Assembly (NCBI GenBank): GCA_963700145.1 | Contig: OY969474.1 | Span: forward strand, 1,600,001-1,664,000 | DNA from: an uncultured Acidobacteriota bacterium | GTDB taxonomy: Bacteria > Acidobacteriota > Thermoanaerobaculia > Multivoradales > UBA5704 | Direction: 5' to 3' | DNA: 64,000 bases | Shown: positions 9,881 through 18,975 of the stretch, piece after piece | Numbering within the stretch: the first letter of the stretch is position 1 | Layout: each line of letters opens with the position of its first letter | Made by a program: the position numbers and the translations under genes | The notes under the pieces: model-generated | The model's input: the letters and a program-made list of their open reading frames with translations, nothing else | The model's database searches: none | Told to the model about the DNA's origin: nothing

Positions 9881-12016
9881 ATGCGTCTTCGCGTCGCTCT
9901 TCTCGCCGTCTTCGCACTCCGCCTCGCCGGCGCCGCCCCAGCCTTTGCCCTCGAAGGCAAGTGGCTCCCGCAGCAGATCCTCGACCTCGATCCTCAGTGG
10001 CTGCGCCAGCAGGGCCTGGCGCTGCCGCCGGAGGCGCTCTGGAGCCGCGAGGGAGGCGGGCTCCTGGAGGCGGCGATCCGGGTCAGCGGCTGCTCGGCGG
10101 GGTTCGTCTCGGCCGAGGGGCTGGTCCTCACCAACCACCACTGCGCCTTCTCCATCCTCCAGCAGCACTCGACGCCCGAGCGCGACCTCATCACGCATGG
10201 CTTCCTCGCCGCGGCGCGGGCCGAGGAGCTCCCCGGCCCCGCCGTCCGCGCCACGATCCCGCACGCGACGCGCGACGTGACCGCCGAGGTCGAGCAGTCC
10301 GTGCCGCGCGGCGCCGACGACCTCGCCCGCTTCCGCGCCATCGACCGCAAGTCGAAGGAGCTGGTAGCGGCGTGCGAGAAGCAGCCGTCCCGGCGCTGCG
10401 AGGTCGCGGCCTTCGACGGCGGCGTCCGCTACCTCCTGGTCGAGAGCCTCGAGTACCCGGATGTGCGGCTGGTCTACGCGCCGCCGCGGGCGGTCGGCGA
10501 GTACGGCGGCGAGATCGACAACTGGAGCTGGCCGCGCCACACCGGCGACTTCGCCCTGCTGCGCGTCTGGGCCACCGCCGACGCGCAGCCCGCCCCCTCC
10601 GGCCAGGGTGCCGCGCCGTACCGGCCGCGCCATCACTTCCCCGTCGCCCCCGGCGGCGCCGAGCCGGGCGCCTTCGTGCTCGTCGCCGGCTACCCCAGCA
10701 TCACCTACCGCGCGCTGACCGAGGCCGAGATGCGCGAGCGCGGCGAGCGCTTCTTCCCCGCCCGCGCGGCGCTCTACCGCGCCTGGATGGACGTCATGGA
10801 GGCCGCCTCGGCGCGAGACGAAGGGGCGCGCATCGCGCTCGCCGACCGGCTCAAGACCCTCGCCAACCGGGAAAAGAACGCCCGCGGCCAGGTGGCGGGA
10901 CTCCAGCGCGGGCGGATCCTCGAGAAGAAGGCCGCCGCCGAGCGCGAGGTCGAGGCCTGGGCGGCGGCGCGCCCGGAGTGGCGTCCGGCGGTGGGGGCGC
11001 GGAACGAGCTGACCGGCCTCGTCGAGCGGAAGCTCGCCGCCTGGGAGCGCGACTTCCTCCTCGAGCAGGGGCGCAACGGTCCCAAGCCGCTCGACCTGGC
11101 ACTGACGCTCGTCCGCTGGGCGCGCGAGAAGGCGAAGCCCGACCTCGAGCGGCAGGTCGATTACATGGAGCGCAACCGCGCCCGGCTGGAGGAGCGGCTG
11201 CGGCTCGACCAGAAGCGGATGCACGCGCCGACCGAGGAAGCGCTCCTGGCCGACGTCCTCGCCCGCTTCGCGGCGCTCCCCGCCGGGCAGCGCATCGAGG
11301 GGATCGCGCCCTTCCTCGGCCAGGCGGCCGACCTCCTCGCCCGCACGCGGGTGACCGACCTCGACACACGGATGGCGATGTTCGGCGAAAGCTCCGCGCA
11401 GCTCCGCGCCCGCCGCGACCCGCTCCTCGACCTCGCCTTCGCCCTCGACCGCGAGCTCGCCGGCGTCGAGGAGCGGGACGAACGCTTCAAGGGAGCGGTG
11501 GCGCGCCTCCGCCCGCTCTGGCGCCGGGCGGTCGAGGCGCACGCCGGCCGGCCGGTCGCCCCGGACGCCAACTCGACGCTCCGGGTCTCGCTCGGGCACG
11601 TCCAGGGGTACCGCCCGCGCGACGGCCTCCTGATGGAGCCGCAGACGCGGGTGGCCGGCGTCGCCGAGAAGCACACCGGCGCCGAGCCCTTCGACGCCCC
11701 CTCGGCGCTCCGCGCCGCCGCCCCGGCCGCGCCGCAGAGCCGCTGGGCCTCGGGGGCGCTGGGCGACGTGCCGGTCTGCTTCCTCGCCGACGGCGACACC
11801 ACGAGCGGCAGCTCAGGCAGCCCGGTCCTCAACGGCCGCGGCGAGCTGGTCGGCGTCAACTTCGACCGCGTCTGGGAGAACGTGGCCAACGACTTCGGCT
11901 GGAGCCAGGACGTCGGCCGGATCATCGCCGTCGACGTCCGCTATCTCCTCTGGGCGCTGGAGGCCCTCCACGGCCCGCAGGCGACCCCGCTGCTGCAAGA
12001 GCTGGGGGTGCGCTAG
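9881..12016 (+). CDS. S46 family dipeptidyl peptidase (DPP11-like)
   Basis: Signal peptide, EGKWLP, GCSAGFVS..GLVLTNHHC, DNWSWPRHTGDF, PDANSTLR, GSSGSPV..NFDR. Confidence 0.93.
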   Translation: MRLRVALLAVFALRLAGAAPAFALEGKWLPQQILDLDPQWLRQQGLALPPEALWSREGGGLLEAAIRVSGCSAGFVSAEGLVLTNHHCAFSILQQHSTPERDLITHGFLAAARAEELPGPAVRATIPHATRDVTAEVEQSVPRGADDLARFRAIDRKSKELVAACEKQPSRRCEVAAFDGGVRYLLVESLEYPDVRLVYAPPRAVGEYGGEIDNWSWPRHTGDFALLRVWATADAQPAPSGQGAAPYRPRHHFPVAPGGAEPGAFVLVAGYPSITYRALTEAEMRERGERFFPARAALYRAWMDVMEAASARDEGARIALADRLKTLANREKNARGQVAGLQRGRILEKKAAAEREVEAWAAARPEWRPAVGARNELTGLVERKLAAWERDFLLEQGRNGPKPLDLALTLVRWAREKAKPDLERQVDYMERNRARLEERLRLDQKRMHAPTEEALLADVLARFAALPAGQRIEGIAPFLGQAADLLARTRVTDLDTRMAMFGESSAQLRARRDPLLDLAFALDRELAGVEERDERFKGAVARLRPLWRRAVEAHAGRPVAPDANSTLRVSLGHVQGYRPRDGLLMEPQTRVAGVAEKHTGAEPFDAPSALRAAAPAAPQSRWASGALGDVPVCFLADGDTTSGSSGSPVLNGRGELVGVNFDRVWENVANDFGWSQDVGRIIAVDVRYLLWALEALHGPQATPLLQELGVR

Positions 12017-12046
12017 GATTCCGGCGGCGAGACCAAGGAGGGAAAC

Positions 12047-13066
12047 ATGCGGCCACATCAGGTGAGACACGGCGTCATCGGAAGCTGGCTGTGCCTCCTC
12101 ATGTTCTGCGCGACCCTGGCCAGCGCCGCGCCGGGCTATCAATACTTCGTCACGGGCAACCCCGCCGACGTCGTCACCCCCACGAGCGGGCTCCTGGTGC
12201 TGCAGGGCGGCGGCACCGACGTGGACGAGAACTTCGTGCGCATGGGAGCTGGCTCCGGGGGCGGCGACTTCGTGGTGATCCGCGCCTCGGGCACCGATGC
12301 CTACAACCCCTACATCTACGACCTGTGCTCGTGCGACTCCGTGGCCACCATCATCTTCAAGAACCGGAACGCGGCGTTCAACCAGTTCGTCATCGACACC
12401 ATACGCAACGCCGAGGCGCTGTTCATCGCCGGCGGAGACCAGTCCGAGTACGTGAAACTCTGGAAGAACACACCGGTGGAGGACGCTATCCACCACGTCG
12501 CGAACAAGCCGGCGCCGGTCGGCGGCACCAGCGCCGGAATGGCCATCATGAGCGAGTTCGTGTACTCGGCGATGAGCAATAGCAGCCTGACATCGGCGGA
12601 GGCCCTCGCCGACCCGTTCCATCGCGATTTGACGCTGGACCGGGACTTCCTGGCCCTGGCCGGCGGGATGAACGGCAAGATCACGGACCAGCACCTCCAG
12701 GAGCGCGACCGCATGGGCCGGACCATCGCTTTTCTCGCGCGGCTGGTCCGGGACGGGTGGACCACCGAGGGTCTCGCCATCGCGGCCGACCGCGAGACGG
12801 CGCTGCACGTCGACCCGGCCGACGGGAGCGCCGAGGTTCTGAGCACGCCCACCCACCCGACGCCGTACGTGTACTTCCTCCGCACCCCCGGCCCGCCAGA
12901 GGTGTGCCAGCCGGGGACTCCCCTCACCTACCGCAACATCTCCGTCTACCGGATCGGACCCGGAGGAAGCTTCGACCTCGACACGTGGAGCGGCACGGGC
13001 GGCATCGCGTACACGCTCACCGTCGAGGCGGGCACGCTCACCTCTTCACGCGGCGCGATCTACTAG
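12047..13066 (+). CDS. Secreted cyanophycinase-like peptidase (S51 family)
   Basis: AAGGAGG RBS, signal peptide, FIAGGDQS, GGTSAG nucleophile, DQH..RDR.GR. Confidence 0.85.
   Translation: MRPHQVRHGVIGSWLCLLMFCATLASAAPGYQYFVTGNPADVVTPTSGLLVLQGGGTDVDENFVRMGAGSGGGDFVVIRASGTDAYNPYIYDLCSCDSVATIIFKNRNAAFNQFVIDTIRNAEALFIAGGDQSEYVKLWKNTPVEDAIHHVANKPAPVGGTSAGMAIMSEFVYSAMSNSSLTSAEALADPFHRDLTLDRDFLALAGGMNGKITDQHLQERDRMGRTIAFLARLVRDGWTTEGLAIAADRETALHVDPADGSAEVLSTPTHPTPYVYFLRTPGPPEVCQPGTPLTYRNISVYRIGPGGSFDLDTWSGTGGIAYTLTVEAGTLTSSRGAIY
12499..12574 (+). repeat. 76-bp direct repeat, copy 1 (inside cyanophycinase)
   Basis: 73/76 identical to 15558-15633. Confidence 0.9.
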
Positions 13067-13130
13067 CGAAACGAGGCCGTTTCGCTCGACGCCGGGGGGT
13101 CACGAGCATCGGTACGGACCGGAGGCTCTA

Positions 13131-15083
13131 CTACGGCCGCATCCAGGTGTAGATCCCGCGGCCCCAGATCGACGCATAGAGCTTGCGAGGGTTCTTCGGA
13201 TCCTGGGTCAACTGCAGCACGTATCCGGTCAGACCGGCCGGACGGAACGTCCGTCCGCCGTCGCGGCTCCAGTAGATGCCGCTGCGGTCCGATGGGGAGA
13301 AGCTGTAGTCGTTGTCGAGCACCGCGGCATAGAAGATGCTCGGCTGCTTCGGGTTGATCAGCAATTGGGTGACACTCGATGCCGCCGGGAGCCCGCGGCC
13401 CCAGGCACGCCAGGAGAGCCCGCCGTCGTCGCTGCGCCAGATGCGCTCGGGGCGATCGCCGTATCCTATTTCCGCGTCGGTGCCCAGGAACAAGCGGCCG
13501 TCATGGGACGGATCGATCGCCAGCGAGCGTGGGTCGCCGGCGCTCGCCAGCCCCCGAAGCCGGATACCCGTCCAGTGCGCGCCGCGGTCGGTGCTCTTCC
13601 AGAGGCGGTCCGGCTGCCACGTCATCATCCAGAGGGAGCCTGGCCTTGCCGCATCGAGAATCAGCCTCCCCACCGTGTGCCGGAACGGCGGCAAGCACCG
13701 GAACGTCACACCCCGGTCGTTGCTGCGCGCCAGGCTGCAAGGCTCACCGGGAGCGCCCAGCTCAGCGCCGTTGAGATAGACGACCTTGGGCGTTGCTGGA
13801 TCGACGACGACATTGCTGACGTCGAAGAGAACGTCGTCAGCATTCTCCTGGAGCGCGGTCCAGTGCTCCCCCCCGTCGTCGCTCCGGGCGAAGCCATCAT
13901 CCCAAGCCAGATAGATCGTCTGCGGTTGCCGTGGATCGAGCGCCAGGACGTGGTGCGCAGGGTAGTCCCTCGCGCTGGCGGGCAGGCCTGAATCTACCTG
14001 CCGCCAGCCCGCGCCGGTGCTGAGCGTCTTGAGCACGCCTGCCACGCCCGCGCCGGCATAGATCACGCGCGGCCGCTCGGGATCGATGGCGAACGAGGTC
14101 ACCGTCGTGGCGTGCAGGCCGCGCCGCGCCGGTTCCCACGTCGCGGCGCGATCACGGCTGCGGAAGACCCCGAGGCCGGCCGTCCCTGCCCAGAGCGTTC
14201 CGCCGCCCGCCGCGTAGCACAGCGGGGGTGCAGGCAACGTCGCGGCTCTCTGCCAGGTCTGGCCGTGGTCGGTGCTGAGCATGTCGCCGGCGTAGACCAC
14301 GCCCTGGCGATCCACCGCGATCGGATGGCCACCCTCGGTGCGGTGCCACGTGGCGCCGCCATCCGTGCTGCGCCAGGTGGCAAAGTCGAAGGAGACATAC
14401 AACAGGTCCGGGGTCGTCGGATCCACGGCGAGCTGCGCGGAGCTCTCGTCGGAGCTCGGTTCGAGCCCCCCTCCGAGCCGCACCCAGGTCTTGCCGGCGT
14501 CCGTGCTCTTGATGACTTGCGTGACGCCATAGCCCTCGACCGCCACGCTGACTGCATACAGGGTGTCGGGACGGAAGGGGTCAACGGCGATATCCCTGGC
14601 GTGGGTGATGTCGATGCCGGTGTACACCTCGCTCCAGGTGGCCCCCGCATCGTCGCTCCGGTACAGAAAGTTGATATTACTGGCCCACACCCGGCGGACA
14701 TTGTGTGGATCGACAGCCACCGATGTGGTGTACGCCGAGTGGAGCTTGGGACCGCTCCACGTCGCCCCGGCGTCGCGCGAGACGAAGATACCGTCCTCAC
14801 CGCTGGTGTACACCGCGGAGCCGTCCGCTGCGACGGCCACGTCGTAGACGCCGCGGCGCACCAGGCCCTGGCTCGACCTGAGCCAGGTCGTGCCGCCATC
14901 GGTGCTCTTGAAGACGCCCTGCCCGGTACCGGCGTAGAGCACGCCCGGCTTCCGAGAGTCGGCCTCCAGGGCGAAGATGTCCCCGCCATCCGGGCCGATC
15001 GAAGTCCAGACGTTGGCGGCGCCCGCTGGGGCAGCCGCCAGGCAGATCGACACGACGACGGAAAGCGCGAGGGCTCGGCGCAT
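13131..15083 (-). CDS. Secreted BNR/Asp-box repeat beta-propeller protein
   Basis: AAGGAG RBS, signal peptide MRRALALS..AGA, many S-x-D-x-G-x-T-W Asp boxes. Confidence 0.88.
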   Translation of the reverse strand: MRRALALSVVVSICLAAAPAGAANVWTSIGPDGGDIFALEADSRKPGVLYAGTGQGVFKSTDGGTTWLRSSQGLVRRGVYDVAVAADGSAVYTSGEDGIFVSRDAGATWSGPKLHSAYTTSVAVDPHNVRRVWASNINFLYRSDDAGATWSEVYTGIDITHARDIAVDPFRPDTLYAVSVAVEGYGVTQVIKSTDAGKTWVRLGGGLEPSSDESSAQLAVDPTTPDLLYVSFDFATWRSTDGGATWHRTEGGHPIAVDRQGVVYAGDMLSTDHGQTWQRAATLPAPPLCYAAGGGTLWAGTAGLGVFRSRDRAATWEPARRGLHATTVTSFAIDPERPRVIYAGAGVAGVLKTLSTGAGWRQVDSGLPASARDYPAHHVLALDPRQPQTIYLAWDDGFARSDDGGEHWTALQENADDVLFDVSNVVVDPATPKVVYLNGAELGAPGEPCSLARSNDRGVTFRCLPPFRHTVGRLILDAARPGSLWMMTWQPDRLWKSTDRGAHWTGIRLRGLASAGDPRSLAIDPSHDGRLFLGTDAEIGYGDRPERIWRSDDGGLSWRAWGRGLPAASSVTQLLINPKQPSIFYAAVLDNDYSFSPSDRSGIYWSRDGGRTFRPAGLTGYVLQLTQDPKNPRKLYASIWGRGIYTWMRP

Positions 15084-15119
15084 GGCGTACTCCTTCCCAA
15101 TTATGTACGACGTCGCACC

Positions 15120-15248
15120 ATTCAGAGAGCCCGCTCCCTCAGCCAGGAAGCGAGCGCCTCGGTGAACGCCGGCAGCAGCTTGAAGCCCTCCATGGCGACA
15201 CTTTGGATGGACCGTCCTTGAGCAGTACTGGCATCTGTATCCGTACAT
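15120..15248 (-). pseudogene. Possible remnant of a YgiT-type zinc-finger gene
   Basis: MYGYRCQYC..TV start with CxxC; the frame degenerates after about 16 codons. Confidence 0.3.
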
Positions 15249-15328
15249 ACGACTTTGTCGCTCCCTCGTGATGATCAGAAAACGGTTATCTTTGACGAAT
15301 CGGCCGACCCTGGCGACTCGACCATACC

Positions 15329-15540
15329 CTGGCGCCCGTGGACCGACCCACCGGCAACGCCGTGGCCGAGCGCTTCATCCTCACCCCTCAAGTCCGAGCT
15401 GATCTGGACCCGCGACTGGGACTCCGCAGCCGAGCTCGACGCGGCCGTCCGCCACTGGCTCGACGACTACAACTATCGGCGGCCTCACCAAGCTCTCGGC
15501 TGGCAGACGCCGGCCGAGTGCCGAGCCGCCAACCTCAACC
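15329..15540 (+). pseudogene. IS3/IS481-type integrase C-terminal fragment (frameshifted)
   Basis: RPTGNAVAERFILT / LKSELIW...YNYRRPHQALGWQTPAE, with a frameshift near 15387. Confidence 0.85.
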
Positions 15541-15557
15541 ACCGTACTGCCGCGGCG

Positions 15558-15633
15558 CGCGAACAAGCCCGCGCCGGTCGGCGGCACCAGCGCCGGAATG
15601 GCCATCATGAACGAGTTCGTGTACTCGGAGATG
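15558..15633 (+). repeat. 76-bp direct repeat, copy 2 (orphan fragment of cyanophycinase)
   Basis: 73/76 identical to 12499-12574; encodes ANKPAPVGGTSAGMAIMNEFVYS. Confidence 0.9.
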
Positions 15634-15762
15634 GCCGAGGTACTTAGCTACCTTTGCCGGTGTCTCGACCGGGAAGGATTCTCGGCGCCGGAGCATCCAA
15701 CGATTCGAGTAGGGATCGCTCTCGCCGGCTGCCTCCGCGCGGCGGCGGGAAAGGAGCCGCCG

Positions 15763-16752
15763 ATGAGATCCATTCCGGTCGTTGTCGCCCTCCTCGTCGC
15801 CGCCGCCTCGCCGGCCTTCGCCCAGGTGGATCGCTGGAGCATCGACGTCGAGGCCGTGTCGCTCGACGCCGGGGGGAACGATCGGCTCGTCCTGACGGAT
15901 CGCGCCGCCGCCGCGAGCGGATCGGCCACCGAGACCACCCACACCCTCGACGCCGGCTCCACGCTCGGCTACCGCGCCGAGGTGCACCGCTCCGGCGGCC
16001 GCTGGCGCTTCGGCGTCGACTTCCTCATCTACCGCACCGATCAGGAGGTCGATCCCGTAACCGGCGCCGCCGGCGGCGGCGCGGCCCAGCGGATCTTCGT
16101 CGTCGGCGGCGGTCAGGTCGTCTCGGACAACCCGGGCGAGCGGCTCTACTACCAGCGCCTCGAGGACACCACGATCGAGCTCTGGTCCGCCGACTTCGTG
16201 GCCTCGCGCGCCATCGCGGGGCGGGACGGCCGCGAGCTGCGGCTGGGGCTGGGCCTGCGCGCCGCCGACTTCGACAACGACTACCGCGCCGTCGCCGGCA
16301 TCGAGGGCGTCGGCGGCCTGCGGCTCGACGCCTCGTCGAACTACGACCGCATGCACGGGCCGCTGGTGGCGCTCAGCGGCGCGATCGAGCGCGGCCGCAA
16401 CCGCTTCGAGGGCACCCTCGGCCAGGCGGTGGTGTTCGGAGACGTCCAGCTGTCGAGCGGGCTGCGCGAGTTCGCCGGCCCACCGACCCTGGACGTCGAC
16501 GCCGAGTTCCCGGCGATCCGCGGCGAGCGCTTCAACCAGGTCGAGAGCGTCACCATCCCAATGACCGAGCTGCGCCTCGAGTGGCGGTTCCGGCTCACCG
16601 ACCACATCGCGCTCGGCGCCGGCGGCTTCTTCGCCGCCTGGACGGACCTCGCCGTGCCGCCCGGCGTCGAGGCGGGCTCGACCCTCGACACGCTCGACGA
16701 GAACACCCTCGAACTGTTCGGCGCCTCGGGGGGCGTGACCCTCCGGTTCTGA
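15763..16752 (+). CDS. Putative outer-membrane beta-barrel protein
   Basis: AAGGAG RBS, signal peptide ending AFA, alternating amphipathic strands, C-terminal VTLRF. Confidence 0.7.
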   Translation: MRSIPVVVALLVAAASPAFAQVDRWSIDVEAVSLDAGGNDRLVLTDRAAAASGSATETTHTLDAGSTLGYRAEVHRSGGRWRFGVDFLIYRTDQEVDPVTGAAGGGAAQRIFVVGGGQVVSDNPGERLYYQRLEDTTIELWSADFVASRAIAGRDGRELRLGLGLRAADFDNDYRAVAGIEGVGGLRLDASSNYDRMHGPLVALSGAIERGRNRFEGTLGQAVVFGDVQLSSGLREFAGPPTLDVDAEFPAIRGERFNQVESVTIPMTELRLEWRFRLTDHIALGAGGFFAAWTDLAVPPGVEAGSTLDTLDENTLELFGASGGVTLRF

Positions 16753-16864
16753 GCGCCTGCTTCACGGGCAAGTCGACTGCTGGGAGAGCTGCCCGGATGT
16801 GCTTGGCGGGCCCTGAGGCTCTATCTGGCCGCCTGCTTCGATCGCAACGACGTTGTCCCCGGGA

Positions 16865-17200
16865 CGATCGGCTTCGCGCAGACAGCGGGCGAGCTCTTAG
16901 GCTGGCATCCCCACCTGCTCGCCGACGGCGGTTGGCTCCCCGACGGCAGCCTTCGTCACCTCCTCGACCTCGACTCCGCTCAGGTCGAGAAGCTCTTCCA
17001 GGCCGAGGTGCTTCGCCTCCTCGTCGGGCGCCGCAAGATCGGCGACGAGGTGGTCGAGAGCCTCCTCTCCTGGCGCCACAGCGGCTTCTCGGTCCACGCG
17101 GCGGTGCGGGTGGAGGAGCGGCAGGAGGCGGCTCGCCTGGGTCGTTACGGGATCCGCTGCCCTCTGGTGCTGGATCGCCTGGCCTGGGACGAGACGAGGT
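16865..17200 (+). pseudogene. IS91-family (Y2) transposase fragment
   Basis: QTAGELLGWHPHL (degenerate HUH), WRHSGFSVH, RLGRY..RCPL; no start or N-terminal part. Confidence 0.75.
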
Positions 17201-17379
17201 CGTCTACTCCGCTCGCCCCTCGCGCTGCGATGGCGCCTTCATCGTCGAGCGCTCCTCCCTCCACGGCATCCTCAAGAACCTCGACTCCGACGGCCAGCAG
17301 CCCGAGCCTCTCGCCCACTCACCGCCCCCCGAGGCCGCGGCTCACTACGACAGCAGCTCGTGGGGCGGCGGCCATCGGC

Positions 17380-18315
17380 CTAGATCGCTACTCGCAGGCG
17401 CCACCAGCCCAACCACGCCAGAAGCACGGCAGCGAGCAGCAATCCGGCGGCGGACGCCGCGGGCACCACGATAGGGGCAGTAAAGCAGAAGCGGACCTGA
17501 CCATTGCCGGTCTGGAAGCCGCCCATCGGGCTAAAGACCAGCGGTGCTGCTGAGTAGGACCCACCGCCGCCGCCAATGCCGCTAAGAGTCGCCGCCCCTC
17601 CACCTCCGCCGTCGAATCCACCGCCGCCTCCACCTCCGCCAACACCGTTGCTGGCGACGCCCGCACCACCGCCGCCGCCAAAACCCCCACTGCCACCGCC
17701 GCCGCCCCCGCTGCCGCCGGCCGCGCCATTGACGAGCGCAGCGCCGCCAGTGGCGGCTATGGGGCAGTTGCCAGTCGGTGCGGCGTCGCCGCCATCGGTG
17801 AGGAGACCGCCACCACCCGCGCCCGCGCAGCCCGAGGGATGACTACCGGCGGCCCCACCGTTGCCGCCAGCGCCTGCAACGCCTCCGGTACCGCCACCAC
17901 CACTGCCGCCAGCACCGGCTGTCCCGCCAGCGCCTCCGGCCGTACCCAACTGGCCAGCACCACCGCCACCACCGGCAGCAATGAGCAGGCCGCCTAGATT
18001 GGGCGCGCGATACACCCAAGAGCCACCACCTCCGCCACCGGCCGCGCCGGCCGCTCCAATGCCCCCGACCAGTACGTTGAGCGTCTCGCCGGGCGTGACG
18101 GCAAAATCCGCCACCAACCGCACGCCTCCTCCGCCGGCGGCTAGCGGCCCTGCACCGCCTCCAGCGCCAGCAAGGTCTATCCTCGCTTCTGTCACGCCCG
18201 GTGGGACGACAAACGTCTGCGGCGCCGGCGGAGACACCACGTCGAACACCACCACCCCGGTATCACTGCACGGCGGGGGAGGTTGCGCCACGCTCGGCTC
18301 AGCAGCCGTCACCAT
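17380..18315 (-). CDS. Glycine-rich surface protein with IPTL-CTERM-like sorting signal (start uncertain)
   Basis: FVVPPGVT..LAGAGGG..VTPGETLNVLVG Gly-rich domain; C-terminal VPAASAAGLLLAAVLLAWLGWWRLR. Confidence 0.7.
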   Translation of the reverse strand: MVTAAEPSVAQPPPPCSDTGVVVFDVVSPPAPQTFVVPPGVTEARIDLAGAGGGAGPLAAGGGGVRLVADFAVTPGETLNVLVGGIGAAGAAGGGGGGSWVYRAPNLGGLLIAAGGGGGAGQLGTAGGAGGTAGAGGSGGGGTGGVAGAGGNGGAAGSHPSGCAGAGGGGLLTDGGDAAPTGNCPIAATGGAALVNGAAGGSGGGGGGSGGFGGGGGAGVASNGVGGGGGGGGFDGGGGGAATLSGIGGGGGSYSAAPLVFSPMGGFQTGNGQVRFCFTAPIVVPAASAAGLLLAAVLLAWLGWWRLRVAI

Positions 18316-18639
18316 GACAACTAGCAGAGCTCGCCAGTGGAGCTTCCCCCCCTGCGCGGTCCTCTCGCGGATCTCACGTCCGCACCGGCCGCAGCCCCGC
18401 CTCTCGGGTGCCACCTGCGTCTCAAGAGATAAAGGGATAGGGCATTCCTTATCTGGGCAGAGCCTACCATCGTCCAGCGGGAGGGGCGGGATAGATCTCC
18501 GGCGTGCGCACAGTAGGGCGATGTCCCGATTCCTGTTGAATTTGGCTGAGTAGCGGCGGCGTCGTGCAGCCGTCCGCTGCTCCCGAGACACCGAAGCGAA
18601 GCGGCGGGTACCATGGAGAGAGCGAGGACGGTGGAACGG

Positions 18640-18748
18640 ATCGCACCCTCTGCGAGGCGGACGGGGCCGACGACTGCCGTAGGTACACGATGGCCTTGCG
18701 CTGTCGATGAGAGGGCGAGATCTTCGGGTCGTCACGCAGCGCACTCAT
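18640..18748 (-). pseudogene. N-terminal remnant of a large serine recombinase
   Basis: KISPSHRQRKAIVYLRQSS..Q (Y-x-R-x-S catalytic start), then truncated. Confidence 0.65.
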
Positions 18749-18914
18749 CGCGTGGCCCTCCTGCGGCGCGGTGAACCGCCTCGATCGCCTCCGCCATGCG
18801 GGCGATTAGCTCCTCTTCCACCTCGGGGGTCGTGTGCACCGGAGGTCTCCGCTCCGGCCCGGGATGGAGATCGAGATCCACTGGCAGGATCAGCTGCTGC
18901 AGACGGCCCTGCAA
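18732..18914 (-). CDS. Small hypothetical protein upstream of the recombinase remnant
   Basis: EVEEELIARMAEAIEAV; GGAGG near its end could serve as RBS for the recombinase remnant. Confidence 0.4.
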   Translation of the reverse strand: MQGRLQQLILPVDLDLHPGPERRPPVHTTPEVEEELIARMAEAIEAVHRAAGGPRDECAA

Positions 18915-18975
18915 GAGCTAGGGGTGAAGGGCGCCCGCTAGGGGCCTGCTACACTCGGTCCTGACGCTCGGACCG

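Noticed and set aside
15558-15633. 76-bp repeat as a DGR template/variable repeat pair
   Set aside because: Only three mismatches, one not at adenine; the target is a mid-gene catalytic motif; no reverse transcriptase in the window
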